Assembly (NCBI GenBank): GCA_964016885.1
Contig: OZ024761.1
Span: forward strand, 19,034,001-19,098,000
From: Eledone cirrhosa
Lineage: Eukaryota
Length of the DNA stretch: 64,000 nt
Reading direction: 5' to 3'
Positions 48,296-63,290 of the stretch are shown in pieces. The number at the start of each line of letters is the position of its first letter. Position 1 is the first letter of the stretch. The notes below the pieces were generated by a model, which saw only the letters and a program-made list of their open reading frames with translations, was not told where the DNA came from and searched no databases. A program made the translations under genes and the position numbers.

Positions 48296-48492
48296 ACTCT
48301 TCCCTCTATATATATATGTGTCAAATTAAATGTTTGTATGTTTTCCACGTTCGTATCGTGTGTTACATATAAAAGGCAAACTCTAGTTTCATTATCAGTG
48401 TATTTTTGTGCTTAGGGCCAACAGCATCACCACGTTGTTGAACATAAAAAAAAAACACGCGTACAAACGAACACCCAACCGAAAACTTGACC

Positions 48493-48523
<31 letters not shown>

Positions 48524-48668
48524 TAAGAAAATTAACAAAGATAAGGAATACTTTCTCTACGCTTTTAATTAAAACTTTAATTGATCTTTAAAAGAAGATT
48601 TGAAACGAAAAACTTTCAGTTATATATATATATCTAATATATATATATTGTTGTTGTCGGTCGCTTAA

Positions 48669-48707
<39 letters not shown>

Positions 48708-49050
48708 TGTTCAAGACACAAAATTGGAGGATATTTTCTACGATCGAACTTTATATCTCAATCATACAATCATACTCTTGTGAATTATATATATTGATAC
48801 GTACATCATTTATATACACATATTTACGATTTTTATTTGGAATTTTGAAAACTTCAAAAACATCTTTTTTTTTTAAATAACTAACAAACCCGAAGCAAAA
48901 TATATTTTTAAAATGCCTCAAAGTCGTAAGTTATCTTCTTCTTCTTTTGCTTCATCTGCATCATCATCATCATCTTCTTGTTGTCATCTTAAAAGATTTT
49001 TTGATACAATTTTGGTGTTGTGCTGTTTTATTTGTTTATAAAACCATATT

Positions 49051-49116
49051 TATTTTATTATACATATTTCAAGGGTCACCAAGGCAGATTATGGTGCGCT
49101 TTCATCAGATAAAATA
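49051..49116 (-). ncRNA. Minimal type I hammerhead ribozyme (family D variant)
   Basis: Left arm of fold-back 49035-49245; same sequence as 49165-49230. Confidence 0.72.
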
Positions 49117-49164
49117 TAATACAGATTAGTTTTATAAATATATTTATAAAACTAATCTGTAATA

Positions 49165-49230
49165 TATTTTATCTGATGAAAGCGCACCATAATCTGCCTT
49201 GGTGACCCTTGAAATATGTATAATAAAATA
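49165..49230 (+). ncRNA. Minimal type I hammerhead ribozyme (family D variant)
   Basis: TATTTTAT-CTGATGA-AAGcgCACCA..TGGTGaccCTT-GAAA-TATGT-ATA-ATAAAATA. Confidence 0.72.
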
Positions 49231-49958
49231 AATATGGTTTTATAAATATAGTTTCCATTTGTTAATATATTGTATACATAACATATATATATATAAACTT
49301 AAAATTAACAAAGATAGGAGTACTTTCTTGATCTTTTTTTAAAGATCAAGAAAGTACTCCTATCTTTGTTAACGAAAAACTTTCAGTTATATATATATAT
49401 TATTTGTTCAAGACACAGGGTTAAACGTGTGAGTTTAACAACAACAACAACAGCAAAAGAAATTGGAGGATATTTTCTACGATCGAACTTTATATCTCAA
49501 TCATACAATCATACTCTGTGAATTATATATATTGATACGTACATTCATTTATATACATAACATAATACACATATTTACGATTTTTATTTGGAATTTTGAA
49601 AACTTCAAAAACATCTTTAAAAAAAAAAAAAAGAACTTAACTGACAAACCTGAAACAAAATATATTTTTAGTATTTTTCAACAAGGTCTTGGTGCGATTG
49701 TCATTTGTTTCTGTTGTTTTTTTGTTCACTTTTGGTACGTGTGTGGTAGATTTGCCTTAATCGTATGTGTGTGTGTATATATAACGAAGGAAGCAGGTGG
49801 ACCGTACGCACCAAAGTACCCGATACTTTGGGTAATAGGAAAATGTTCAGGACCCCGACGGCAGAGCTCAAGCCGTTTCGACGTCTATTTCTGGACTGTT
49901 ATAAGTCCAGAAATAGTCATCGAAACGGATTGAGCTTTGCCGTCGGGGTCCTGAACAT

Positions 49959-50016
<58 letters not shown>

Positions 50017-50960
50017 TAATAATAAAAAGGACGGTTTGTTAGGTCTTCATTACATTTATTGAGTAGTGACGCACGTTTCGTGATTGATCAGCTCAAGGTT
50101 CGATCTGGTCCCATTCTGGAATCAAAAGCTCGTCGGACCATTCCAGAGCCGGACGAGAAACGCGCGTCACTACTCAATAAACGTAACGAAGACCTAACAA
50201 ATCGTCCTTTTTATTATTAGTATTACACTCTGCTTTATACTTACTGTTAACTAGGCACCGAGTGCTCACTCTGGACGTTCAAGGAAGATGAAAAATACTA
50301 ACTTCAACACTTAATTTTAAATCTTTAATTTTTAGTTTTTAATTTTAATTAATTCTTTTTAATTGATAAGATGAATTTTACTAATACATCGAAACCTGTT
50401 ATACTTTATATACATTATAAACTTTTTAAAAGAATTGTCCCTCTGATTTTTTCAATAATGTCATTTTGGCGAATCAAAGAAAGGAAAAAAAAAAAAGCAA
50501 AACAGACCCTTAAATATATATATATATAAACCTTTATAAGTTGGACTATTGGGATAAGTAAGTTATAAAAAATTCAATTTGTTTACACCTTCAGATAAAA
50601 AAAAAAAATCGCTCTTCAAATCCCGCCTTTCATCCTTATGGGGCGGGGGTCGATAAAATAAGATACCAGTTACGCACTGAGATCGATTTAATCGCTATAC
50701 CTTTTCTTCCCAGAGAAGGGGATCTGGATAGAATAAAGTACCAGTCAAGTACTAGGATCGATATAATCAACTTTCTCCCATCCACCCATACACACAGATC
50801 TTTGATCGTGAAAGCCCTCAATTTTATGTTGTGGTTGTCATCGGGTGTATGAGTAATATATACAATAGCGAAAGCATTGCCGCGGAGAACACAAACAGCT
50901 AGCGACACCCGCTGCTTATATATATATGAATATATATGTATAGTTACAATAGTGGCGTAA

Positions 50961-51010
50961 ACAGGTACTTAAGTTTCGTTGTGTTCTGGACCCCAACTCA
51001 TTCAGCCTGT
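50961..51010 (-). ncRNA. Hammerhead-like motif with 8-nt core CUGAAUGA (family N)
   Basis: Minus: ACAGG-CTGAATGA-GTTG..CAAC-GAAA-CTTAAG-TA-CCTGT; perfect stem I, palindromic stem III. Confidence 0.65.
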
Positions 51011-51373
51011 CATAGAAAAATAAAAATCTTTATTTTAACAGGCACTTAAGTGTGCTCTTACCCTTGGATATTTCTACCAAACTTTTACTACAGTATATAT
51101 ATATTAAAATAACAGATTAAAGTTTAAGCAAAGAATCGCTGCTTTCACTCTTAACGTTAAGGGTGAAAGCAGCGATTATTTGCTTAAACTTTAATCTGTT
51201 ATTTTAATAAATATTTGCTCTAAGGTTCTTATATATTTGATATATATTTATCCTTATCGAGCTCTCTTTGGATTTTAGTCTTCACATTTATTATTATTAC
51301 TACTATTATATATATATATACAAATATAAAATAGCGAGAATCGTATTTCGGCTATTGGAAATTAGCGAAAGAC

Positions 51374-51407
<34 letters not shown>

Positions 51408-51410
<3 letters not shown>

Positions 51411-51878
51411 AGCGAGCTCTGTCCACGCCTTGAACCTTGGGTGACATCTAAAGGTCAAACTCTAGGTCACCACCCTTTTGGTGTGAGCGATCAGTCGAGG
51501 TGGGAGACAGAAAGCGACACGTATATAAAGCCTGTATCATTCCACGTTTATACAGAGCGATCGCAGCAGTACGCTATTACAAGCTATGTGTGAAAGACTC
51601 ACTGCTATCTACAGGCCACAGTGGTCTACAGTCAACTACAGACCTTTACTTTCTCTCTCTTGGTCTCAGACTACACCAGCCTCATGAACCAACAACAAAA
51701 TAACATTGTCAACCTTCGCAACTCATAGTAACTTGTTTATTGTATATTTTGACTCAAGTGAAGTAAACCTTTATATATAAAGTAAATCAGCCATTCTTGT
51801 TATTTCAAATAATAACCGTGTTATAATCATTTCTAATAACCACATATAACCATCTAATTACTTACAAATACCATTCGT

Positions 51879-51882
<4 letters not shown>
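51408..51882 (+). mobile_element. Probable solo LTR
   Basis: Starts TGTAGCGA, ends TCGTTAAA (imperfect terminal inverted repeat, CA not intact); TATATAAAG box; later AGTAAA; microsatellite flanks. Confidence 0.45.
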
Positions 51883-51907
<25 letters not shown>

Positions 51908-51909
<2 letters not shown>

Positions 51910-52180
51910 CATCATCATTTCATTTTACGTCCACTTTTCCCTGCTTGCAAGGGTGGGACGGGAACTGATTCTGGCTTGATTTCTACAGCTGGATGCCCTT
52001 CCTAACACCAACCTCATTTACAGTGAGTGCTGGGTGCATTTTTTTGCCGTGGCACCTCCACGACCACTTTGCAGAGGAATGATAGGGACCCCAGCCCCTA
52101 TCATCTCATTTCTACAGCTGAGTAAACTGGAGCAATGTGAAATAAAGTGTCTTGCTCAAGGAAACAACACATCACCCGGT
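51908..52180 (-). mobile_element. SINE family S2, 5'-truncated
   Basis: Reverse complement of about 2297-2560. Confidence 0.85.
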
Positions 52181-53511
52181 ATATATATATATATAGCAAC
52201 TACAACAACAGCAGCAACAACACCATTGTCTGTGTTGAATGTGTGTGTATGTATTTATATATATGCGACTACAATAACAGCAACAACACCATTGTCTGCA
52301 GCAACAGCAGCAGTGAAATGAAGAACAACAACAACAACAGCAACAACACCATTGTCTGTGTTGAATGTGTGTGTATGTATGTATTTATATATATGCGACT
52401 ACAATAACAGCAGCAGCACCATTGTCTGCAGCAACAGCAGCAGTGAAGAAGAAGAACAACAACAACGGCAGCAGCATCAGTAACAACAAGAACAACAACA
52501 GCAGCAGCAGCTACAATAACAACAACAGCAATAACTGCCACCACCATCACTGACCATCCACCACCACCACCATCACCATTCACCACCACCATCACCATTC
52601 ACCACCAACAACAACAACACCACCACCACTCTCCACCACCAACAACAATACCACCACCACCTCTCCACCACCACCAACAACAATACCACCACCACCTCTC
52701 CACCACCAACAACATCACCACCACCTCTCCACCACCACCAACAACAACACCACCACCACCTCTCTCCACCACCAACAACAACAACAACACCACCACCACC
52801 ACCTCTCCACCACCACCACCACCACCAACCAATACACCATGTTTGTTGTCAATGAGAGGTCTTTCACCTTATCAAAGTGTCATGTGTTGGTTGGTGTTAC
52901 ATCTGGTTGACTGGGACACAGACAGACAGACAGCAGACAGATGGGTAGATAGATAGACAGACAGACAGATAGATAGACAGACAGACGGGTAGATAGATAG
53001 ACAGACGGGTAGATAGATAGACAGACGGGTAGATAGATAGACAGACAGACAGATAGATAGATAGATAGACAGACAGATAGATAGATAGACAGACAGACAG
53101 ATAGATAGATAGATAGACAAACAGACGGGTATATAGACAGACAGACGGGTAGACAAACAGACGGGTATATAGACAGACAGACAGACGGGTAGATAGACAG
53201 ACAGACGGGTATATAGATAAACAGATTGACAAAGAGGCAGACATATATTACTATATACCCTGGAGGGTAGCTTTACAAAACAAATATAGAGTGAATGGTA
53301 GAAATACAAGGCATATATGTGTGTGTGTGGATGTATATATATGTGTGTATATATATATATGTGTATATATATATATATATGTGTATATATATATGTGTGT
53401 ATATATATATATATATGTGTATATATATATATATATATATGTGTGTATATATATATATATGTGTGTGTATATATATATATATATGTGTGTGTATATATAT
53501 ATATATATGTT

Positions 53512-53556
<45 letters not shown>

Positions 53557-53559
53557 GTT

Positions 53560-53592
<33 letters not shown>

Positions 53593-53718
53593 ATATATGT
53601 TTATATATATATATGTTTATATATATATATATATATGTTTATATATATATATATATGTTTATATATATATATATATATATACACATGGTGTCTCAAAAAT
53701 GTATACACACTTCAGCAG

Positions 53719-53753
<35 letters not shown>

Positions 53754-53755
53754 AT

Positions 53756-53793
<38 letters not shown>

Positions 53794-53795
53794 AT

Positions 53796-53895
<100 letters not shown>

Positions 53896-54234
53896 GAAGG
53901 TAGGTAGAATAGACCCAGGTGAACTGTTAAGAAGAAAGGTGGTTAGCGCGGTGAGGGTGAGGGTGAGGTGTGGGGAGGGTGAGATGCGGTGAGGGTGAGG
54001 GTGAGGTGTGGGGAGGTTAAATAGAAACCTTCCGTATTTGTATGTAAAGATGTATGTAGGCTGACCTCTGCACTTTATTTGACCTCGTTATGAAGTAGGT
54101 AACAAATAAATTTGGGTACGAGGTGGGGTCCACCCTTTTGTTAGGTGATCGAGGGATCATATGGCTGGCCCCTTCTAGGCTTATCTGTCTGTAGGGGGTA
54201 TATACATACACACATATGTATGTATGGGTGTGTG

Positions 54235-54270
<36 letters not shown>

Positions 54271-54857
54271 TGTATGTATGTATGTATGTATGTGTGTATG
54301 TATGTGTGTGTGTATGTATGTTCTTCTGGATTTATAATTTCACAAATTATGTATGTATGTATGTATGTATGTATCTCTGTGTGTATATGTATGTAAGTAT
54401 TTATCTATGTGTATGTATGTATGTATTCATATAGAGATAGATGTGTGTGTGTAATATATGTCCGAAACATAAGGACTCTTTTCCTACTATATCAAGCTTT
54501 AAACTAATATATTTCTTCATTGTACTGTGTTGTTTCCGTTTGCTTGCGCCAAACAATATATATATATATATATATATTAAGTTGTTAAACAATATTCAAT
54601 GATTATGTCAAAGAATGAGTTTTACAGTAGATTGGAAGCACTCAACGAGAAATAATTTTCAGGAGTTATTAATATTAAAATATAAATATTAATAAAATAG
54701 ATGTTCTTTTGATGAATTACATTTTATTATACATATTTCGAATGTACAACAGACAAAATATAATCATACATGACATACCCTGAGATGTTAAATATCCCTA
54801 CAAGACTACTTTGATTAAATCTTAACCATTTAACATCTCAGGGTATGTCATGTATCA

Positions 54858-54912
54858 TATTTTGTCTGATGAGGACGTACTGTTGTACATCCGAAATATG
54901 TATAATAAAATG
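54858..54912 (+). ncRNA. Minimal type I hammerhead ribozyme (family E variant)
   Basis: TATTTTGT-CTGATGA-GGAcGTAC-tgtt-GTACaTCC-GAAA-TATGT-ATA-ATAAAATG. Confidence 0.75.
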
Positions 54913-54951
54913 TAATTGATCAAAAGAACATCTATTTTATTAATATTTATA

Positions 54952-55003
<52 letters not shown>

Positions 55004-55182
55004 GTATATATATATATATATATATATAATATGTATATTGTGGCGGCATGTCCAGAAATAGCCGTCGAAACGGCTTGAGCTCTGCCGTCGGGGTCATACT
55101 TGTTCCTATTACCCATTCTACTACCCTAAGTATTGAGTACTTTGGTGCGTTATGGTCCATCTGGTTCCTTACCACAATTCCT

Positions 55183-55233
<51 letters not shown>

Positions 55234-55544
55234 TATATTTGGTGGGGAGGGGTTTGTTGGGTGGGCGGGCCTTATGGAGTGGGGTGGGGTAGGGTGTAAC
55301 CAAAAAGGATGGGGGGGGGGGGGTAGAGTAATGTGATAATAGTGATGTGTGTTTATCTACGGTGATGAGGGGGAGCCGGAGGCTGAGAAGATGAATGTGT
55401 GTGTGTGTATATATATATATGTATATGTATATAATATATATATATATGCACATATATATACAATACACACACATATATATATAGTGTGTGTGTAAGGTCG
55501 GGGTGTTTATATGGTGGTGTGGTGAAGTGGTGTAGTGTCTTTTT

Positions 55545-56314
55545 GTGATGTGGTGTGTGGTGTATTATGGTGTGGTGTGATATGGTGTGGTGTGGTGTAT
55601 TATGGTGTGGTGTGGTGTGGTGTGGTGTGGTGTGGTGTGGTGTGGTGTATTATGGTATGGTATGGTGACGGTGTGGTGTGGTGTGGTATAGTATGGTGTG
55701 GTGTGGTATGGTATGGTGTGGTATGGTATGGTGTGGTGTGGTATGGTATGGTGTGGTGTATTATGGTGTGGTGTGGTATGATGTGGTGTATTATGGTGTG
55801 GTATGGTGACGGTGTGGTGTGGTATAGTATGATGTGGTGTATTATGGTGTGGTATGGTGACGGTGTGGTGTGGTATAGTATGGTGTGGTGTGGTATGGTG
55901 TGGTGTGGTGTGGTATGGTGTGGTGTTTTATGGTGTGGTATGGTATGGTGTGGTATGGTATGATGTGGTGTGGTATGGTGTGGTGTGGTATGGTATGGTG
56001 TGGTGTGGTATGGTGTGGTATGGTATGATGTGGTGTGGTGTGGTGTGTTGTGGTGTGGTATGGTATGGGGTGGTGTGGTATGGGGTGGTATATTATGGTG
56101 TGGTATAGTATGGTATGGTATGGTGTGGTGTGGTGTGGTGTGGTATTGTATGGTATGGTGTGGTATGATGTGATATGGTATGGTATGGTATGGTATGGTG
56201 TGGTGCGGTGTATTATGGTGTGGTATGGTATGGTATGGTATAGAATGATGTGGTATGGTGTGGTGTGGTATGGTGTCGTATGGCATGGTGTGTTGTGGTG
56301 TGGTGTGGTGTGGT
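55545..56314. repeat. (TGGTG/TGGTA)n pentanucleotide array
   Basis: Direct reading. Confidence 0.95.
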
Positions 56315-56588
56315 AGTCTAGTGGGTATTATTAGGGCATGTTTACCTGGGAGTGATAATCTTCTAAGGTATAATTATCTGTGTATGTGTAAGGGAGAGGG
56401 GCGTGGGGTGGGCGGTGCTATATTTATGGGGGGAGGGGCCTGATCTGTGGTGGTGGGAGTGATTAAGATTATCTCGGTGAAAGGTATATCGAATAAGGGC
56501 AGAATATATATAAGCAAATATATATATACATATATATATATACACGTGTGTGCATATGTATACACACCTGAATTCCCATATTTCTACC

Positions 56589-56620
<32 letters not shown>

Positions 56621-56626
<6 letters not shown>

Positions 56627-56800
56627 GTTTCTACTTTTGGCACAAGTCCAGCAAATACCCAGTACATTACTGGTACTTTATTTTATCGACCCCGTAAGGA
56701 TGAAAGGCAAAGTTGACCTCGGCGGGATTTGAACTCAGAATGGAAAGGGACGTAACTCTATGCGCCAAAGGATGACGTCCGACCCTCTACCGACACTGCC
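56621..56800 (-). mobile_element. SINE family S1
   Basis: S1 match. Confidence 0.8.
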
Positions 56801-56855
56801 ATATATATAATAAAATAAAACAAGGACGAGTCGCTACTCCTTCGTTACGTTTATT

Positions 56856-56946
56856 GGTTGGTGACGCGCGTTTCGCCACCGATCAGCTCAAGGTTCGATC
56901 TGTATCGATCTAGCCCGACTCTGTAATCCACGGCTCATCAGATTCT
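56856..56946 (-). ncRNA. Hammerhead-like motif with long stem II (family K)
   Basis: Minus: CTGATGA-GCC-(~54 nt)-GGC-GAAA-CGCGCG-TC; stem I poorly paired. Confidence 0.5.
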
Positions 56947-57476
56947 TTTAGTGATAATGATTAAAAAAACAAAAAACATGCCGAATACCGCTTCTTTCTT
57001 TTGTGGTCTCCCTAGTCCCTGCACCACAGACTTTAAATATATATATATATATATGTGGTACCAAGGTACCAAGGCTTTTTGCCCATATGAGTTTGTGAGT
57101 ATTGATTTATTATTTTCTAGATCGTACAGGCAGACCTTATGTTGTTGAATTAAGATTTTTCACTCTAGCGATCTTATTAGTCAATTGCAACTATAACATG
57201 TAAATGTTCATCAAATATTAATATATATATATATGTGTGTATTATTATATTATTATACTACACTACACTTTGTCTAGCTCTACACCTGGCCACTGACGTG
57301 AACCTAAACATCGAGTGCTCACCTACAGTAACTTCGTGTTACACTCCTTGGCTGAGTGACCGGCTAAAGTGGAAGATGCTAGATGGTCGGTCGACCTCGG
57401 GTCTATGATTTTCAGCCACATGGATTCATTCATTTATTATATCCTTGTGCCAAAAGTAGAAACAATTATATTTCGA

Positions 57477-57534
57477 ATACCTGATGATATCACCGGATTC
57501 ATACGGAACCCGGTCATTGAAATGGTCATAGTAT
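57477..57534 (+). ncRNA. Minimal type I hammerhead ribozyme (family P)
   Basis: ATAC-CTGATGA-tatc-ACCGG..CCGGT-catt-GAAA-TGGTC-ATA-GTAT-AATAAA. Confidence 0.7.
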
Positions 57535-57977
57535 AATAAACCTTTCAAGGATTTACACAAGTCCAGCCTCCTGTTATTTTTACAATTTTCTTTTGCAATA
57601 TAAATACAGATGTGTTGGTATCTGTGTTTCATCATATATATTAGTTTTTATATATATATATATATATATAAATGGAATAGAATGAAACGAAATTTCATTT
57701 CTCACTCTTAGTACGGCACTTACTTAAATGTAAGTATGTATGTATACGTACATACATATATGTATACGTGCATATATATATGTGTGCCTGTATGTATATA
57801 TATACATGCTACTGTACGTCTGTATACATATATGTATGTACGTATACATACATACTTACATGTATATATATATATATATATATATAAAATATTAAACAAA
57901 TAATGAATAAAACAATGAAACAGTTCCTTATATTAAACAAAAAAAGTTCACTACCGTAAACTCTTGGTAGATTTATC

Positions 57978-58035
<58 letters not shown>

Positions 58036-58464
58036 TTCTACAGAACTAGAAATGTTTAATCCAAAAGAAATCATCAGGATGATATCTTTTGAATGAAACA
58101 GTTCTAGTTATGTAGAAGTCATTTCTATATTAAACATGATGTTTGCACACTGCTAATGTATTAAGTACCTTAATAACTGTGGTTGCCCCCGATTGAACCC
58201 GGGATACACTCTCTCTCTCTCTCTCTGTATATATATGTATATGTGTTGGTTGTTTACCGACACTTCAGTATGCAGGTTGGTCTGTTTACTCCGGGGTAGT
58301 GTAAAAACACACACACGCACACATATATATATATAATATATATAATATATATATATATATATATGGTTGGCAAATCACTGATGAGGGACTAAGTTTATAA
58401 TATGTAACCCATGTGCAGCCATGCAGTTTTCCTTTCTTCCCATGTTTTTTATATATATATATAT

Positions 58465-58526
<62 letters not shown>

Positions 58527-59761
58527 CAGTTGATTCGTGGTTTAATGAGAGAGAGGTAGCAATACCAGCACCCTATGCTATAGCAGAGTATATATATATA
58601 CACATGTGTGTGTGTTAAGAACAAAACGATGTTTCACATTGATATATACACATATACATACATACATACATACATACATACATACATACATACATACATA
58701 CATAAAAGCCTTGTTTAGTTGGGGCTGGAAAAGAATGTGCACAGCCCCATAAAGAGGAACAAGGTTCACCACATTCTTTCAGTTATTCTTTACATTAATA
58801 TTTTGTAAAGCCTCATTGGACGTCGTTCCAATTCAATAAACACCTCCTTCTGTATGTATGTGTGTGTATAGGTATGTGTGTGTATAGGTGTATGTGTGTA
58901 TAGGTGTATATGTGTATAGGTATATGTGTGTATAGGTATGTGTGTGTATAGGTATGTGTGTGTATAGGTGTATGTGTGTATAGGTATGTGTGTGTATAGG
59001 TGTATGTGTGTATAGGTGTATATGTGTATAGGTATGTGTGTGTATAGGTGTATGTGTGTATAGGTGTATATGTGTATAGGTATATGTGTGTATGTGTGTA
59101 TATGTATATATGTATATGTGTATATAGGTATAGATGTATATGTGTGTATAGGTGGATTGGTATATGTGTATATAGGTATATATGTGTATGTGTGTATAGG
59201 TGGATTGGTATATGTGTATATAGGTATATATGTATATGTGTATATAGGTATATATGTATATGTGTATATATGTATATGTGTGTATAGGTATGTGTGTATA
59301 GGTGGATAGGTATATATGTATATGTGTGTATAGGTATACATGTATATGTGTATATATGTATATGTGTGTATATGTATATATGTATATGTGTGTATATGTA
59401 TATATGTATATGTATGTATAGGTGGATAGGTATTTATGTATATGTGTATATGTGTGTATAGGTATATATGTATATGTGTGTATAGGTATATATGTATATG
59501 TAGGTATATATACATATATGTGTGTATAGGTGGATAGGTATATGTGTGTATAGGCATTGTATAGGTTTATATGTATATGTGTGTGTAGGTGTATATCTAT
59601 GTGTGTAGAGGTATGTGTGTATAGGTGGATAGGTATATGTGTATACAGGCATTGTATAGGTTTATATATATATGTGTGTGTTTAGAGGTATATGTGTATA
59701 GGTGGATAGGTATATGTGTGTATATATATATATGTATGTATGTATATGCGTGTGTATAGGT

Positions 59762-59797
<36 letters not shown>

Positions 59798-60002
59798 GAT
59801 ATGTATATGTGTATAGGTATATATGTATATATGTGTATGTATATATGTGTATGTATATATGTGTATATATGTATGAACTCACAAGTGTGATGGAGATGAA
59901 GGGGCGCCCTAGTGACGGCATACAGGGGGTTTTAAAGCTGAGGGGACCTATCCCTCTCCTTGTCTGAACACAGCCCCATTTTTAAATCGACTTTGGTTAC
60001 AT

Positions 60003-60049
<47 letters not shown>

Positions 60050-60057
60050 ATAGAAGG

Positions 60058-60108
60058 AGCTTCTACAGGACTAGAACTGTTTCATTCAGATGAAATCTTC
60101 AGGAAGCT
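60058..60108 (-). ncRNA. Minimal type I hammerhead ribozyme (family F)
   Basis: Minus: AGCTTC-CTGAAGA-t-TTC-atct-GAA-t-GAAA-CAG-ttctagtc-CTG-TA-GAAGCT. Confidence 0.78.
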
Positions 60109-60280
60109 GGGTGTCATATTAAGTTCTGGTATTTATACATTTAGGTAGTGGTAAGGGAGGGGTGGTGGCTGGGGGGGGGGGGGGTATTTAGATACACAGG
60201 ACCATAATATAAGACTTTAGTCCAGAAATAGCCGTCGAAACGGCTTGAGCTCTGCCGTCGGGGTCATACTTTCTCCTATA

Positions 60281-60361
<81 letters not shown>

Positions 60362-60661
60362 GATAGATAGGTAGATATATATATAGGAGAGTGAGTGTGT
60401 GTGTGAGAGAAATATAAAGAGAGACAGAGCGAGGCAGAGAGAGCGAGAGTGTGAGAGAGAGAGAGAGAGAGAGATGAAAGCAATGTTCAATAGGTCAAAC
60501 AGCCCCCTCCCCCTCCATAGTTGTGTTACAAAGAAGTAGGTGAGGAAGGGGTGAGTTGTTTATGTTTTCGTCCCTTCAATAGTTTGGCTCTGCCACCCGC
60601 TGACGACTTTATTCCATATATAGATCAGCACTCACCACTGTCTACCACATATATATATATA

Positions 60662-60910
60662 TACACACGGTGTCTATATATATATATACAGGGTGTCTAT
60701 ATATATATATATACAGGGTGTCTATATATATATATATACAGGGTGTCTATATATATATACACACGGTGTCTATATATATATACACACGGTGTCTATATAT
60801 ATATATATACAGGGTGTCTATATATATATATACAGGGTGTCTATATATATATATATACAGGGTGTCCCAAAAAATGTATACACACTTCAATAGCATTCTA
60901 ATAAACTATA

Positions 60911-60964
<54 letters not shown>

Positions 60965-61040
60965 CAGGGTGTCTATATATAATATATATACAGGGTGTCC
61001 CAAAAAATGTATACACACTTCAATAGCATTCTAATAAACT
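60662..61040. repeat. Tandem Tc1/mariner-like terminal stubs (TA-CAGGGTGTC) in (TA)n
   Basis: About 12 CAGGGTGTC/CACGGTGTC stubs; two extend to CAGGGTGTCCCAAAAAATGTATACACACTT. Confidence 0.6.
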
Positions 61041-61102
61041 ATATATATATATATACATTGTTATACTTGGGGAGGGTCATATTGTAATAATATTGTCAGA
61101 AC

Positions 61103-61268
61103 TAATTGTTTCTACTTTTGGCACAAGGCCAACAATTACTCAGTACATTACTGGTACTTTATTTTATCGACCCCGTAAGGATGAAAGGCAAAGTTAACCT
61201 TGGCGCGATTTGAACTCAGAATGGCAAGGGACGTAACTCTATGCGCAAAGCATAGTGTCCACCGCCCT
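61103..61268 (-). mobile_element. SINE family S1
   Basis: S1 match. Another + copy lies at 61781-61985. Confidence 0.8.
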
Positions 61269-61645
61269 CTGTTATTGTCAGAAATAACAACAGAACACAC
61301 TCACTGTTTGATTGGTTTTCGCTTCTGTATCTTTTATATCTCCACAGTTAATCCATTCGGTCCTCAATGTTTATCATTGACTGGCCAACGGTCAAAAATA
61401 CAGATATAATATAGATATAAACACATATATATATAGTCTAACAAGGTTCTTTCGTTGCACATCTGTGGTACTATTATGTTCCTCCTCCTATATATATATA
61501 TATATAAAGGTAGAACACTGGAAGGTAATAACCGTAGTGGTAGAGCACTCAGTCCATGGGACGAGTTAGGTAGAAGTGGTAACACAACAGTTAGTTCACC
61601 ATACCGAGAACAATTGTTTCACCTTATGCGGACTTTCAGCTTGGA

Positions 61646-61708
<63 letters not shown>

Positions 61709-62023
61709 CTATCTGTACATCAGAAACAGACTGTTTCAGCATTCTGTGCATCAGCGGTATAAGGGGTAATAGAACATACTGGTGGATTGACAAAATTGGT
61801 AGAGCGTCGGACATGCTTTTCAGCATATAGTTACAGCCCTTTATATTCTGAGTTTAAATCCCACCAGCGTCAGCTTTGCTTTCATGGTTACGAGGTGAGA
61901 TCGATAAAATAAAGTACCAGTAACACACTGGGGTCGATTTAATCGACTTTCCCCTCCCCCAAAATTGTTGGCCTTGTGCCTAAATCAGATACGGGATTCG
62001 GCTAAAAGTTCAGCTAAATTATA

Positions 62024-62364
62024 CGGGGTTCAGCTGAAAAGTTCATAGTCTGACCAAGATACTCTCATGGAATCACCAAATGTGGTTTATTTTTCAACAT
62101 ATTCCCTGGAAAAAAATCAATCCAGTTATTAATAAGAAGAGTTGGAATCAATGCATACAAGCTTTCACAGCTTTAGCATCACTCACTTATAGGCTGACCA
62201 AGGCACACTCATGGAATCAAATGAGATTTATTTTCAACACATTCCTGGCAAAAATCAATCCAGTTATTAATAAGAATAGTTGAAATTAATTCATGTATAT
62301 AAGATTTCACAGCTCTGGCATCACTCCTTCATAGTCAGCCTATGAACCTATCAGTCGACCCTCG
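62024..62364. mobile_element. mariner-type MITE with internal ~140-bp duplication
   Basis: TA-CGGGGTTCAGCTGAAAAGTTCATAGTCTGAC ... GTCAGCCTATGAACCTATCAGTCGACCCTCG-TA (degenerate TIRs, TA TSD). Confidence 0.65.
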
Positions 62365-62555
62365 TATTGATTTGAACGATTGACTGGGAGAGCGGGAAGA
62401 TGAAATAGGAAGAAGACAGAGGGAAGGGAGAGAGATAGAAATATATTTGAATGAAATCAGTTTAGTTTTATTTTCTGTGAAGACTCGAAGTAGTCGGTGG
62501 AACTTTATATATTCCACTTTTAGCGTTTTCTGTTTTCTTTTGTATATAATTTACT

Positions 62556-63290
62556 TACAACACATACCAGAACTACATACTACACAACACATACCACAAC
62601 TACATACTACACAACACATACCACAACTACATACTACACAACACATACCACAACTACATACTACACAACACATACCACAACTACATACTACACAACACAT
62701 ACCACAACTACATACTACACAACACATACCACAACTACATACTACACAACACATACCACAACTACATACTACACAACACATACCACAACTACATACTACA
62801 CAACACATACCAGAACTACATACTACACAACACATACCAGAACTACATACTACACAACACATACCACAACTACATACTACATAACACATACCATAACTAC
62901 ATACTACACAACACATACCACAAATACATACTACACAACACATACCTCAACTACATACTACACAACACATACCACAACTACATACTACACAACACATACT
63001 TGAACTAAATACTACACAACACATACCACAACTACATACTACACAACACATACCAGAACTACATACTACACAACACATACCACAACTACATACTACACAA
63101 CACATACCAGAACTACATACTACACAACACATACCACAACTACATACTACACAACACATACCAGAACTACGTACTACACAACACATACCACAACTACATA
63201 CTACATAACACATACCACAACTACATACTACATAACACATACCAGAACTACATACTACATAACACAACTACATACTACACAACATATACC
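62556..63290. repeat. 27-bp minisatellite
   Basis: Unit caacacataccacaactacatactaca; it produces the repeated QHIPQLHTT translation. Confidence 0.95.

Noticed and set aside
62447-63267. QHIPQLHTT and Cys-rich repeat proteins
   Set aside because: Translations of a 27-bp minisatellite that is open on both strands.
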